Shown one piece after another: positions 26,001 to 39,739 of a DNA stretch of 64,000 bases. The translations under genes and the position numbers were made by a program. Each line of letters opens with the position of its first letter. Within the stretch, counting starts at the first letter, position 1. Under the pieces are notes generated by a model, which saw only the letters and a list, made by a program, of their open reading frames with translations, made no database searches and was not told the origin of the DNA. The stretch lies in the NCBI GenBank assembly GCA_965112155.1, contig OZ218101.1. The stretch is one strand, 5' to 3'. This stretch comes from Podarcis liolepis. Taxonomy: Eukaryota.

Positions 26001-29000
26001 ATGACTTAGCTGTTATACTAATTTTCCTTAATGTGTTTAATGATGGGTGGAATCTTTCTTCCCTTAGAGTTAGGGAACAGGACTTGGCTCCCTTCCGAGA
26101 GGGGATCTCCGAGGAGCTGCTGTCAGAAGCAATCAGTCGGAGGCTTGGGACGCACTACCAGATCATTGAGAAGAAGTTGTACCGTGAACATGATTGCATG
26201 TTCCCTGCAAGGTGAGAGCAATACGGAACGTATCAGAGAGAGAGAGAAACAGGAAAATCTCCCTAGCCTCCTTAACCTATGGGTCACTGAGCAGAAAACA
26301 TTTGAAAGGGCTAAATTCCAGTGTAAGAGGAAGAAACTGATGAGGCATTGCTTTGCCTGAAATGTAGAAATTGCATTTGCTTTTGTGAGAAATCAATATT
26401 GACATGGCACTTTAGTTGTACGAGGGGGTGATGCGGGTTAGAAGCTGAAAGAAATCGGCAATAAATGCCTCTTGGGAGCAAGGATAATGGAAAGGGATAA
26501 CTTGCTGAGTTGTCTAAAAACAGTTGTTTGGGTGTCAGAAGGAGCTTCTGTCTGCGCCCAGCTTGGTTTATAGTCATAGTAAAAAGCAAACAACACCAGC
26601 ATTGCAATGTGTCCCTATTGCTTTCTTGTTTCATTTCAGTCCCTGGGCTTTTTGTGTGGTCATGCTGTTCCTATGGGTATAAAAGCTTTTCTCTGTCCTC
26701 TGCTTGGTGTTTCCCTTCAAGTCTTATCTAGAGAGACCCCATTAGCCTTTTATCAATTGCCTTGCATTCAACCGACTCTTTCCTTCACTATCTCTGCTGC
26801 TTGTGTGGTGTGCCTTCATTCAAGTCTTGGTCTCCAAGACACGGACACTTTACCTTCAGTGCGGTGTAGTGGTTTGGGTGCTTGACTAGGGTTGGTGAGA
26901 CCTATGTTCAAATCCTCACGCAACAGCAAAACTCAACTAGAAGACATAACCTACCATATATAAGTGCAGGCCGGGGAGGAGAACCTGCAGTTCTTGAGGG
27001 AAGGAGTAATACAAAAATAATGGGTGGGAGTCAACAAAGTTTTACACAGAGTAGGCCCATTGAAATTAAGGGGACAAACTTAGTCACATTCATTAATTTT
27101 AGTGGGTCTACTCTGAGTAACATGCAGTTGAACGCTATCTGTGATAGGAAAATGCTATACATATACTCTCATTAATCCTTACAGCATCCCTCCATATCCA
27201 GTTAGTATAATTTTTCCTCTGTTGAATTGTATGAAGCCCTATAAATGCAAATGTGAGGCAGAGGAAGGCTGCTGAAGGGGATAATGAGAGATGGGGAGTT
27301 TCTTGCTTGGGGCCACCTGGTAAGTTTGTGGGTGAGGCTCAAGCTCAGGACTTATTGACTCTTAACTCAAACACTTAACACTGGTGTATCCCTCTCATCT
27401 CATGCGGGTAGTTCTCTGAATCTTTTCAAGCTTATTTTCACAATATAACTGAGTTTAAGTTATACTGTAACTGTGTCCTTACAGCACAGAGTCCTAACAT
27501 ATGGACAAGTAATTCCATCAACATTGTCTATAAAATTTTCAAGGGTTCACCCTTAGGTAGCCAAAATGGCACTACCCATGCACAAGGAGGTGATATTGGC
27601 AGACATGGGGAAAACTGCTTTGAGGTTCCATTACAATAAATCAGTAGGGACATTTACTTCAATAAAAACTGAATAAAACCCAAATATTTGCATAAGTACA
27701 AATTTTGGCATCTGTCTGTTTCATGACACAATTGAAAGAGTGTGCCATCGGGGTTAAAGTCTACCTGTTGGAGAGTTACTGTAGAGACCAATACGGGAGA
27801 GACATGTTTCATTGCAGCTGGGGCAGATGAAAGCATCCAGTTATCCTGCTGCAGATGCACCATGGCATTTCTTCTCTCTGCTCTTCTCCCAGCAGTCATT
27901 TCTCCTCTGGTCACTGCTGTGAATACATGACCTGACTGTCTGTCTTCAGGCACTACAGTTGTCTGCAAGGGATTCCCACACAGCAGGGTTGATGTTGCCA
28001 GCCTTCACGCCATGTTTTCAGACATCTTTGTAACACAGTTGGTCTGTCAATGGGCCTGGTGCTTGAAGCCAGCTCCACAAAATACGTTAGTACGTGTTAG
28101 TTAGTGGCCATAGCACACTAACTATCTTTTGCAGGAGAAATCTGAAAACTGAGTAGGAAGGGAAATGAAATGGAGGATGATCGATGAAGGCATGGCTGGG
28201 ACTTCATTTTCTTACAGGTCTCACTTGGTATGAGTAATTCTCAAGGCCACCCCTTGCACGTATTGATATCCACAGGTGCAGTGGGGTTGAACACTTCATC
28301 CTTGAGATCATTAACAACCTCCCGGATATGGAGATGGTGATCAATGTGCGAGACTACCCCCAAGTGCCCAAGTGGATGAAACCAAAGATACCCATCTTCT
28401 CCTTCAGTAAGGTGAGAGAGAGAGTGGACAACTCCTTGGTCATACTTGGTGGGGACAGCTAATACGCTTATTTGAATATCTTGCATCACGGAGATATTTT
28501 GCAGGAACTAATGTGCTTTTGTCTCTCTATTTTCTGAAAGACGTTGGAATACTATGATATTATGTACCCTGCTTGGACATTTTGGGAAGGCGGGCCAGCT
28601 GTTTGGCCAATTTATCCAACAGGCTTAGGACGTTGGGATCTAATGAGAGAGAGTCTCAAAAGGTATGTTTCTGGAGAGAAGGATGAAGCTTGTTTTGTGG
28701 AGCTTCACTCCGCATTCTGAAGTGTGTTTCCTAAGAAATCAATCATACTTTGTAAGATGGAAGTATGCATGACATCAGAACTGGCAGTGATCCACAAGCT
28801 TTGTAAGTTGTGAGGTACATCTAGGCTAGCTGAGGCTGCGGCCCTATACCCACTTACCTGCGAGTAAGCTCCATCAAATCCAATGGGACTAACCTCTAAG
28901 TACACATGTATGGGATTGCACTGCTAATTTTTTTTTGGGGGGGGGGGGCTTTAAACAAGCCAAATTGGTGGAAATCCAAACAGGAGTTAGCATATGGGGT

Positions 29001-32000
29001 AGCGATGACTTTGCAGACATCCAACAGTAAGATGCAAGAGTTTTGGTATTTTTGTGAGTGTCTATTAAGGGGAACTTCAGCTTCTCTGTATAACAACTTG
29101 AACTTGCTAAGATCCCCTCTTTTTCACAGCCTTTAATGGCATAGAGGCTGCCATCGTTGCTTTCTAGAACATCCTGCGGTGATGGAAATAAATACATTGA
29201 TTCCCAAATATGACACAAACTGACCAGTTTCACTCCAGTGTCATCAATTTTAGATGTGAAAGAAGTGGCACATTAATCAAATGGTAAAATGCCTTGCTAG
29301 AATAATGGGTGATGCAACTAACAGCATGGAGCAGAGTTTGTTTAGTTGAGGTTACTTAACCTAAAACCAAAGAAGGGATTCAGAGAAATAGGATGGATTT
29401 CTTTGCTTCTCTTACTAAGGTGTTATATGTCCATGTTTTTAACATCATGTACTGATCAAACTCTCCTTAGCTCTGCAGAAAAATGGCCCTGGAAGAAGAA
29501 AATTTCGAAAGCCTATTTCCGAGGGTCCAGGTGGGTTAGCTCCGTTCCCACTTCCTAACACTGATATACTACCGATGATTTGTATAGTGATAAAACCAGG
29601 GCATTAACAAGACATGGGCTATGTACTGTGTTGCCCAGGAAGATTCAATGTTTACAAATGATATAAACAGGGCTCTGACACATTCTCAACAGGGGTTGAT
29701 ATTTTCAGTTCAGAACAGGGCGATTGTTACCTAGTAAAACAGCTGTTGTTGTTGTTGTTTAGTCGTTTAGTCGTGTCTGACTCTTCGTGACCCCATGGAC
29801 CAGAGCATGCCAGGCACTCCTGTCTTCCACTGCCTCCTACAGTTTAGTCAAACTTGTGCTGGTAGCTTCGAGAACACTGTCCAACCATCTCGTCCTTTTT
29901 CATCCCCTTCTCCTTGTGCCCTCAATCTTTCCCAACATCAGGGTCTTTTCCAGGGAGTCACAAAACAGCTGTACTATTCAGTAACATTCTCAATTGTTGA
30001 TTGTCTTTCTTGCATTCGGGTAACTATTAGTGTGCAGCCACTGTTCCAAATATTTTACTCAAAACATACTCAAAACAAAAGACCCCCAAATGATTTACAT
30101 ATACAAGATACAGAGCAGCTTAGGCTTTGCTGAGGTGGTGGAAATGCTAGTTTCCTGCACTTCTTGTTCGTGTTCCTTCTCTGCTTTATTATATTCAAAC
30201 AGAACTTTCATACTTTCTTGATGACAGGATGGCTTGTGGATTTTTTGTGTGTGTTTGGATGCAGTAAAGAAGCATAAATATATTCTAGATCGTCTGTATC
30301 TCAGGGGTGGAGAACCTGTGGCTTCCAGATGTTGGACTAGAGTTCCCATCAGCCCCAATGAGCATGGTCAGTGGTCTAGATGATGGGAGTTGTAGTCCAG
30401 CAACATCTGGAGGGGTAAACATTCCTCACATCCGCTTATATCTGCAGTGATGTGTTATGTATTCATCTAATTATTGATGGAGCTCAGCTTCCTACCATCG
30501 TTCCTGCGGCATATCAGTAAATTAGATAAGTTTGTCTTCCATGGAGAACATCGTTTAACAGATTTATGTGTGGTTTCACTGGTAGGACAAGTTCAGAGCG
30601 GGATCCCCTCATTCTTCTTTCTCGAGAAAATCCAGACCTTGTTGACGCAGAGTACACGAAGAACCAAGCCTGGAAATCCGAAAAAGTAATTACTCTTGAA
30701 GGCAGCTCTTTCCTTTCTCTTAGAAAAGGGGTGTTCTGTTGTTTCAAACTCTGGCTCTCAGGAAGAGAGCCCCTGTTTTTCAGGACACATTCATAAGATC
30801 ACACACTGATATCATGGAATAATGACCCCTCCGTGGTTCCATGCTTGCCAACACTAGCACAGGTTAAGAACCTCACTTCAACAATAAGTATGAATTGAAA
30901 GGATGGGGGGAAATGTCTCCTGTTGACTAATTGTTGGTTCTCCTGGGAGGCCAGTGTAAAAGTGCCATTGGATATGTGAAAAGGAAAGAAAAAACTTAAC
31001 TGTGGGGGATTATTCGTAAGTAGTGTCGTGTTTAAATTAGGTGCTAGGAACTACATTCATGGCAGTAAGACATTGGAGCATCATGCAGCCAGGGCCCTGG
31101 ATTCATGTTGTGCTGATGGCACTTTGATTTAATTATGAAACCTAATGTCACACACTTTTTCTGGGAGGGTGTGTGAGGGAGGATACATTGTCTTAAGACA
31201 CAGGTGGGGAATGTTTTCCAGACTGAGGGCCACATTTCCTTCTGGGCACCTTTCGGGGGGGCCACATGTTAGGGCCAGAGGAAAAAGTAGGCAGAGGAAG
31301 AAATTTGACTGGACTTGCTCCTGCACACACGCGCAATGTCTTCCCTATCCTCTATCCATCCAGGCAAGCAGGGTGTGGTGGTGGTGAGGAATTATGAAAG
31401 TTCAAGGACATTTCAGGCAGGGAAAAGAACTCAAGGAGGGTGCAGAGGAAGGCTGGTGAGGGGTGGAGCTTGGGAAGTGGGTGTGTGGCTGAGGAGGAAG
31501 TGTGAAATCTTAAGGGGTGACTAACCTTAAGCATTGCCTTAATTTATTGGTTGTGTCCCAGTAGCAGGGTTGCCATATGTCTGAAATTCTGGACATAGCC
31601 AGAATACTGCAGTCAGAAGCAGCATCTGGGTAAAGCTTAACAACAACAACAATTTTATTATTTATACCCCGCCCATCTGGCTGGGTTTCCCCAGCCACTC
31701 TGGGTGGCTTCCAGCACAACTTTCCCAGCAGTGTCCAGATTTTCACTTTTTAAAATATGGCAACCTTACCCAATAGGAATGTGTCAGATATTCTGATTCT
31801 TTTTTGGTTGAGTGTCCCATAGCTTGTTGGCTGATTTGATTTTCATTGAGATGCTTGGTTTGGCATTTACCTTATGACATAACTAATCATTCTCGGGCTC
31901 TGGTTTTATTTTGTTGCTTGCCAGTTGTGTGTCTCTGCCATCTTCTAGTTATGTTGTGACTGAGTGGCATGTTCTATAGGATGTAATTTGGAACTTCTCC

Positions 32001-35000
32001 ACTTAAATATCTGCATTGCATTTCAAGGTGCAGAAGAGGAAATAACCAGGACTGTAGTGGAATTGTCACTTAGATGAAGGTGACGGTTTGCTGTGAACCT
32101 TAATGATCCGATGAGCTTGTAACTGACCTACCCACTGCTCTGCATTGTGAGGAAACATTATGCCGCTCCAGCCTCTTTGTAAGGAACATGTGACAAGAGG
32201 ACTTTGGACTGGCACTAAAATAAGTATGAAGTTCCAGATATACACATGCCAAGAAAATGGATTAGGAGAAACCACTGCTTTTTGCAATCTTAAAAAACCA
32301 AACATTTAATATGTACCTTAAGCCTGTGCATGTTTACTTAGAAGTAAACCCAGGTGAGTTCAACAAGGCTTACTTCTAAGTAAACGTGTACAGGATTGCA
32401 TCCTTAGAAATATTTGGACTATTACATTTTCTGTGACAGGTTCCAGGTTTATTTAGATTTCCTTAGGAACAGGGACTCTAATTTTGTGCCTTCTGAAAAT
32501 AAATCTAACAGAGAAACTGTACTTGTGCTTATGGTGTTTCACTTTGGTTGTAGTCAGTAGGTAGATGATATATAACAACAATTTAAAATAAATATATATG
32601 TATCTATTGTTCCTAAAGGACACTCTTGGGAAACCACCAGCTAAGGAAATTGCACTGACAGACCACTGTAAATACAAGTAAGTAGCTGTGGGTCAGGCTG
32701 CAATTCTATACATAAATACATCAGGAAAGTCCATTGAACGTAATAGAATTTACTTCTGAGTAGACATGCGCAGGATTGAACTGTCCGTCTAGAATTTATT
32801 GGGACTGTTTTCATCTGTCTATCTTGTTTTATGTTAAAATAGATACTGGAAAAGTCTTAAGACCATAAAGATGTTCAATTAAACATTAGTTGCAAGACAA
32901 GGCATTTGCTCCTATCTTCATGCTGCTGCTATTGGCACCTTTTGCCCTACCCTGAATTGTTTCACAAGCAGGAATATATGCATTCTGTTTGTGCCTTGGA
33001 GAATTGCTTGTCCGCTCCACCCTTATGAAAACTTTCTGTCACACAGTTGTGTTAGTTATTGTAATTTAAGGAAGGCATTCAAGGAATCCCAAAGAACCAC
33101 TATATCCCCTGGGTGCTACTAAGGATAATAAGTAGCTGATATGATTATACTCTGTGGAATATCAGCAGCTCTTCTGGTAAAGCAAACCGAAGGCACTCTC
33201 ATCTCCGGTCCCTTGAGTATCTCTGTGAGATATTTCAGTGCCACATGCAGATGATGATCCTGCAATACTAGTGTGTTAAATGACTTCCCTGAGGTCTTTT
33301 GGGAAGAGCAGAATGGTGCCTGGAATAGAAATTATGGATTCTGGCATGGAGGTTTTTTTAAGCAAAGTAACTTCTGCATTTGTGTTTTGATGCTGCATCC
33401 TGCCATCTCCCTGGCTTTTAAGGACAAAAACTTTGGCAACTAAGGTTCAGGCACTGTTGTGTTTTTATCTAAAATATTTTTTAGATAAATGTACTTTTGT
33501 AGACTGTTTATTTATAGGAACTCACTATAAGGGCCAGGATTGAAACCAAAATGCAAGCCAACACCATAGATCACTATTTCCCAAGCTTAGGTCTCCAGCT
33601 TGTTTTTGGACTACAGTTCCCATCATCTCTATCTAGCAGGACCAGTGGCCAGCGACGATGGGAATTGTAGTCTAAAAAAACCCTGGAAACCCAAATTTGG
33701 GAAGCACTGCCATAGATGGAGCAACTGTGGTTACGGAAGTTTTGATTTGCCGTATTTGTCTTTCGATACTCTGTGGCAAGAGTCAAATGGCTTATGTTCT
33801 TCCCATATGACCCTTCTGTAAAGCAATTAATGTAGTGAATAACCAAGTTGAGGAAGAAAAGCCATGCCCTTCTCATAGAACTATATGAAGGAGACCTAAC
33901 CGATCTTCGGAGATAGGCAGCTTGCTGCCCTCCAGACATTGGACTACAATTCCCATCAACCCTGACCCCATTGGCCCCACTGGCTGGGGGTGATGGGAGC
34001 TGTAGTCCAACTATATCTGGCAGGCACCTTGTTGGCTAACTTGGATGTAGTCCTGCTTGAACAATGATCAGATCTTTCAAGAGCATGCAAGCATTTATTA
34101 ATTGTTGTAAATTATTCAAGTTTGAATCTCTAGAAGAATAAAATTCACCTAAAGCTGCATAACCCAGTTTTGTTCAATGATTAAATAAATGCACTGGTTA
34201 CTGGAGGAGAGGGAATATTATAAGATGGTGTCTGTTTTTATTATACAGATACCTCTTCAACTTCCGAGGTGTGGCTGCCAGTTTCCGCTTCAAGCATCTC
34301 TTTTTGTGCAACTCGCTGGTGTTTCATGTAGGGGAAGACTGGCTGGAGTTCTTCTACCCTCAGCTGAAACCTTGGGTTCACTACATCCCAGTCAAATCAG
34401 ATCTCTCTGATGTCAGGTGAGAAGTTGAAACTGAAGCTGCAGTGGCATAATAACCGCTCCTTGCGTACTGAGGTAGAAACATCAATGTACCATGGGAGCT
34501 TCCAGACCAGCTGTTTGTTGAACATCCTTGCTGATACATTCACTTGGAGGTCATACAACTTTGCCCACTTTGTTTCAGGGAGCTGCTGCAGTTTGTGAGA
34601 GAAAATGACGAGGTAGCCCAAGAAATTTCAAAGAGGTAAGTTTTCCTTATATGTAACTTTTGTGTAGCTTCCATGAGGCAATTATTCCCACTGCAGAGCA
34701 CCAGCTGTTGTGATGACTGGCAGAGGTCATAATAGCTTTTGAAAATAAAACTTGCAAAGGCTCAAGGGCAATGAAATTCAGAACCCTTTTAAACAGTCAG
34801 TGAAATTCCATCCCAAATTCCTTCCTTCAGTATTAGTGTGGTATCATGTTCAGATATGTCTCCTCCTAAGTCATACTTTGAGCTGACCTGTTGAAATCAG
34901 TGGACATGACTAACTTAAATTCAATGATCTCAGTGACTCTGACTTATGTATACAGGTCAACGCGCCCCAACAAAATCCTGTGTCAGGGAGAGGCAAATGG

Positions 35001-36366
35001 GGAAAGAGCTGAGGGGAGAAAAAAGCACTTACAGAGAGCCGAAAGAGACAATTAGTAGTCTGTCGTCTGATAGCGAAGAGGAGGCAGCGAGGTGGGAGGA
35101 TGAGCCCGGAACTAGTCATTCTGTAAACAGAGGAAATCAGAGGCGTGGTTTCCGCAGACTTGCATGTTGGGCAAAAAAAAGTAAAAAGAAAACAGATGTG
35201 GCATCTTTGCCGACTGGGTCGGACATGATTTGAAGCACTGGAGATGTTCTTTTGAACTTTGTAAATAAATCAAAGAGATTGTAACTGGCAGCGAGCCCGG
35301 AGTTTTTATCTATGCCGGCTTGGCAGCACACACCTCTTACACCCTGATTGGGTATGTGTTCTCATGCAATATACCTAACCTTCAAATAATTGTAAGGAAT
35401 GTTTAGCATAAGGTTGGGCATTATTATGAGGGGAACAGAGGAGATTGTTTACTGTTTGTTGCTTTGGAAAAGAGGACCACTCCTGAAAGGGAAAGTTACT
35501 ATGCGGATCAGTGGTTTTAGTAGTTCTTAAATTAAAAAAGCATTGACTTTTTGATGTAAAGGAAGAATGCACTCCCAGTTCTTCTCCCTTTTAGCCATGG
35601 ATGGAAGTTTCAAGACATGAGTTGAACATTCCTGTGCCTGATGTTGATCCTGGGAAAGATGGGCATGGTTTGCCCACAAGGCCCTGGCAGGCTGATCTCT
35701 GAGACCTGGAGGGCATAGTTAGTCCTGTGTGTCAAAGGTCTCCCACCACTGGGATCTTCAACATAATCAAAATTAAAATCCTGTGACACCTTAAACACAC
35801 AGAAATGTGCTGAGGTTAAGATCTGGGGATTGAATGTACCTGCCAAATGTACAAAAGTTGCCCATGAAAGCTTATCCCACAAAATGTTAATCCTTACCAT
35901 GTCTTATAATTCCTTGCATTTGCTGCAAGTGACTGGTTTGGTTTCTGTACTGTAGTTTCTCCCTACAAACATTATTGCTGTTCTCTTTAAAATCAAATTA
36001 ACTATCATAACTTCATGCCCAAGGAAACCTGAGAGCTCTAGCTTAATGGAGCAGATAATTTTCTGTTAGCAGTCCCTAGCCCTTCCCTCACAGCACTCCC
36101 GTTCCTTGAAGAGATGCACTGATCATTAAGCCAGTTTTCATCCTTAGTTCTTGAGGTATGAAAGCCACTAACTGTAGTCATTCTCTTTGCTTGTCTTTCT
36201 TGCCTCTAGAGGTCGCCAGTTCATCATGGACCACTTGCGAATGGAGGATATCTCTTGTTACTGGGAGAGACTTCTGACTGAATACTCCAAAACCCTAACT
36301 TACAAAGTTAAACGAAAGAGTCACTACAGTGAGATTTCATCCAGAAACTTGAAAACAGAACTGTAA
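22650..36366 (+). CDS. POGLUT1: protein O-glucosyltransferase 1 (Rumi/KTELC1), 11 coding exons, 388 aa
   Basis: join(22650-22722,24716-24806,26068-26211,28276-28411,28541-28662,29471-29530,30586-30685,32619-32677,34249-34416,34579-34635,36210-36366) = 1167 nt, open frame, all GT-AG. Signal peptide, [23 protein letters not shown] and C-terminal KTEL. Confidence 0.97.
24205..24262 (+). mobile_element. 5S rRNA-derived SINE fragment
   Basis: GAAGCTAAACAGATCTAGGCCTGGTTAGTGCCTGGATGGG resembles the 5S internal control region but is diverged and partial. Confidence 0.55.
24716..24806 (+). CDS. POGLUT1: POGLUT1 exon 2
   Basis: [29 protein letters not shown]. Confidence 0.95.
24891..25196. mobile_element. 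Tc1/mariner-type MITE
   Basis: TA TSD. TIR CAGTGGTGCC...GGCACCACTG. Same family as 60120-60464. Confidence 0.85.
26068..26211 (+). CDS. POGLUT1: POGLUT1 exon 3
   Basis: VREQDLAPF...LGTHYQII...DCMFPA. Confidence 0.95.
28276..28411 (+). CDS. POGLUT1: POGLUT1 exon 4
   Basis: [37 protein letters not shown]. Confidence 0.96.
28541..28662 (+). CDS. POGLUT1: POGLUT1 exon 5
   Basis: [37 protein letters not shown]. Confidence 0.96.
29471..29530 (+). CDS. POGLUT1: POGLUT1 exon 6
   Basis: [19 protein letters not shown]. Confidence 0.95.
29747..29961 (-). mobile_element. Bov-B 3' fragment
   Basis: Same 3' end as 3644-4137. 11-bp TSD AAAACAGCTGT (29736-29746 and 29962-29972). Confidence 0.88.
30586..30685 (+). 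CDS. POGLUT1: POGLUT1 exon 7
   Basis: [33 protein letters not shown]. Confidence 0.96.
32619..32677 (+). CDS. POGLUT1: POGLUT1 exon 8
   Basis: [19 protein letters not shown]. Confidence 0.95.
34249..34416 (+). CDS. POGLUT1: POGLUT1 exon 9
   Basis: [48 protein letters not shown]. Confidence 0.96.
34579..34635 (+). CDS. POGLUT1: POGLUT1 exon 10
   Basis: [18 protein letters not shown]. Confidence 0.95.
34981..35341 (+). mobile_element. probable solo LTR
   Basis: TGTCAGGG...CTCTTACA ends, 5-bp flanks TCCTG/CCCTG (1 mismatch), AATAAA near 35265. Confidence 0.5.
36210..36366 (+). CDS. POGLUT1: POGLUT1 exon 11 (last coding)
   Basis: [27 protein letters not shown]...LKTEL*. Confidence 0.96.
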
Positions 36367-37011
36367 AAATATTTTTAAATATTCAGGACCAAGACTTGTG
36401 GACACTGTGAAATCCAAAGAGCAGAACGGTTTTCTTCAAGCTTAGAGGAAAGAGTTATTGTTACTTACTGTATTAAACTATTTTATCAAATCTGGAATTT
36501 TCTTTGATATCATGGAAAGTAGATTTTTCCAGAAGTGTTCAGCTATTTGGGAAGCCAAAGTTCCACTGAATTCTAGTATTCCTTTGTGGTGAAATCCTTT
36601 TGAAAAGGGAACTGATGTTCCATGATGTTTAACTGACTCACCATTTAACACCAGATTAATCCTATGGAGTGGGCTGTAGTTTCTTACTGGTGAGTGAATC
36701 ATTTCTTGAATCATCATGGATGCAACGTTTAATAATGTGATCTGTGTAGCATTTGGACAATAGTTCTTTGCAAACTTCGAGTCTTTATATATTGCCCTCT
36801 TGCAAAACATCAATGCGGTACACAGCAATATGAAAAACTTTTTAAAGCAATTCAAAATAATCATTAAAATGAATGATTACACAACCCTAATTAATAATAA
36901 TAATAACAATAATAACAATAATAAATAATTTTATTATTTATACCCCGCCCATCTGGCTGGGTTTTCCCAGCCACTCTGGGCGGCTCCCAACAGAACATTA
37001 AAAACAGAATA

Positions 37012-37224
37012 CAGTGGCACCTCTGGCTACAAACTTAATTTGTTCCGGAGGTCTGTTCTTAACCTGAAACTTCTTAACCTTAGGTACCACTTTAGCTAAT
37101 GGGGCCTCTCACTGCCACCACGCGATTTCTGTTCTCATCCTGGGGCAAAGTTCTTAACCTGAGGTACTACTTCCAGGTTAGTGGAGTCTGTAACCCCAAG
37201 TGTTTGTAACCTGAGGTACCACTG
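37012..37224. mobile_element. Tc1/mariner-type MITE nested in a LINE tail
   Basis: TA TSD. TIR CAGTGGCACCTC/GAGGTACCACTG. Related to 50728-50962. Confidence 0.8.
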
Positions 37225-37929
37225 TAAAACTTCAAACATTAAAAACTTCCCTAGGCTAGGCTGAGAAATGCTGACCAACCCAGCTTTATAGAGTTCATGA
37301 CTGAGTGAGGCAAAGCTAGACAGTATGTGGGAGATCTATGGTCAGAAACTCTCACTCCCCTGCTTTTCTTCTTATTACTAATTAACAGCCTGACGTAGCC
37401 CCTTTGAAGATTGGGGAAGTGATTCTAAAGACACGGGTTTTACTCTTTTCCTGATCTGAACTACTTCCCCAAAGCTGCTATTAGCTAGAGAGAGGGGAAA
37501 AAAACCAGCACAGCTTCTTCCTTCGCTCTTGTTTGTGAAAAGCCACCTTGCCACTTCTATTCAAGGATTTATTTCCATGTCGCTGCAAAATCTGGGGAGG
37601 AATGAGAAAGCTTGCAGTGCTATGGAGCAAATGGCAGCCCTGCAAAAGATGGTAGTTAAGCCATTCCACATCCACATGGAAATAGCTTGAGAAGTGCACA
37701 GCCAAGTTGTGTGTCCCATCCCTCACATCTCAAATATAGTCCGAGTTTCTGGCAAATGATCTCATAATTCACTTTGCATAAATCAACAGTGTCTGTTCAG
37801 TGGTAGTGTACTGGCAAATTCAGAAATGCAGGGTCCCTTCATGATAATGTGGTATAGCGGTTAAGAGTGCTGAACTAGTGCTGGAGAGACCCAGGTTCAA
37901 ATCCCCACTCAGCTATGAAGCTCAACTTT

Positions 37930-38345
37930 TTATTTAACTTGGTTTTTTTTTAAAGTGTACCATCCTTCATCTGGAGATCTCAGTGCGGTTCACAATATTA
38001 AAATACAAAATGCATCATAAAAACAAGAAAAAACCCACAAACCAATAACCGTCCCCCTTCCCACATCCTCCTATAAACACATTAAAAAGGGGTATAAGAT
38101 GTTAATCAGCCAAAGGCCTGATTGAAGATAAATGTTTTTGTGTGGCACCTAAAGGTGTATAATGAAGGCGCCAGCCGAACCTCCCTAGGGAGAGCATTCC
38201 ACAAACGGAGCCACCTCCGAAAAGGCCCATTCCTGCTCTGAACCTTTCATGGAGGAGGCACACAAAGAAGGGCCTTAGATGGTAATCACAGGATCTGGGT
38301 AGGTTCATATGTAGAGAAGTAGTCCTTAAGGTGTTTTGGTCCTGT
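37930..38345 (-). mobile_element. LINE 3' fragment (L2-type)
   Basis: Similar to 1515-1940. Confidence 0.6.
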
Positions 38346-39739
38346 CCTTGGGCCTAATGTATTTCACAGGGCTGAAATAAATAGTCACAGCCATGTTCCT
38401 ATACAACCTAAGAGTATACAGTGTGCAATATACAATAATTACACAATAATCTTATATGTGCTGCAGAAATAGTAACAGGTTTTTGATCCTCCGCAACCCT
38501 GGATCACTGCTATATAGGCCTGTACTCACTGAGAGGCGGTGAGAGAAAATTTCATATGCCGCAGAATGCTATATTAATTACTGGTTATGTCTCCTGAGTA
38601 TGGCGTGTGTGTATTGTAGATATTGGAAACTGGTGCTGCATAGTATTCCTCATTACCTTCCTCACTGAGCTTATAGATGATGGGGAAGAAGAAAAAAACA
38701 GCATGACGCTAAAACAAATTTGCAGATGCTGTTTAAGGAAGAGGGACCAATACCAGACATGGAAGAATTAACTCAGGAAATCAAACTATGTGGCATTATT
38801 GTGCTGGCTAGGAAAGAGGAGGAAGAATGTTAAAAAATGAGACAAAACCCTAAATTTATCTTCAGTGAAGGGAATTAATCTGGTATGTTCTAAAACTCAT
38901 CTTTAAATGATCTTTTGGATTAAAAAAGAAAAACCTGTTTTGATGGCTTAATTAATACTGAAATTTGATTTATTTAAAGCACTGTGACAACAAAGAACCT
39001 GGGCAACCGACAGATGTTCTGCCCTACATGATATAACAAGCAATGAACTACTTGTATTTTGTTTCTGTCACAAATGTGTTTTGGGCTGGTGAGAAAGGTT
39101 ATAAACTTAAGGATTTACTTTACAGCTCTGTTCCAATTACATATTGCAATTTGCCCATTGGCTAGTTATATGTCGGGAAGCTCAGGCAGTAAGCTTTTCT
39201 TGTTTTCTTTTCCATTCCGGATAAGAGCATGAAAGACTGACTTCGCTCAGTGATGAAAACTAAGGTAACTTTAAGTACAACTGCTGCTGACAGCGGGTAT
39301 CACTGGACATGATGGAACTTATTTTTGATCAAACGTGCATTGGCTGCATTACATATTTACCCTTAGTACAGTTAAAAGAACCTTGCTTTAAGTTCCTCAA
39401 CAGAATTTGGAGCAAGTTTGCACTGTAGTTTCCAGTAGCAGTGCTTTTAAAATATAGCTGGAAGCGTTAAATCTTACTAGCTTTGCCTTGATAGGCTTCG
39501 TCAGAGGGGAGGAATACATACAGCAGTGGACGTATATCGTTCCGCTTTTTTTTTTTTTTTTTAAAAGCCAGAGCAAATAAGTCGTCTGCAAAAATAGACA
39601 GGGCTCTTGAGCCTCAACAGCCGTGCAAAAAAAGGGAATTTCCGCTTGTCGTGCCCCAATATTAATATCTTGCCACCACGCTCTTTTTAAAACCCCAAAT
39701 CCTTTCCACTCCATCGACAATAGGGGCAGAGGAGGTGCA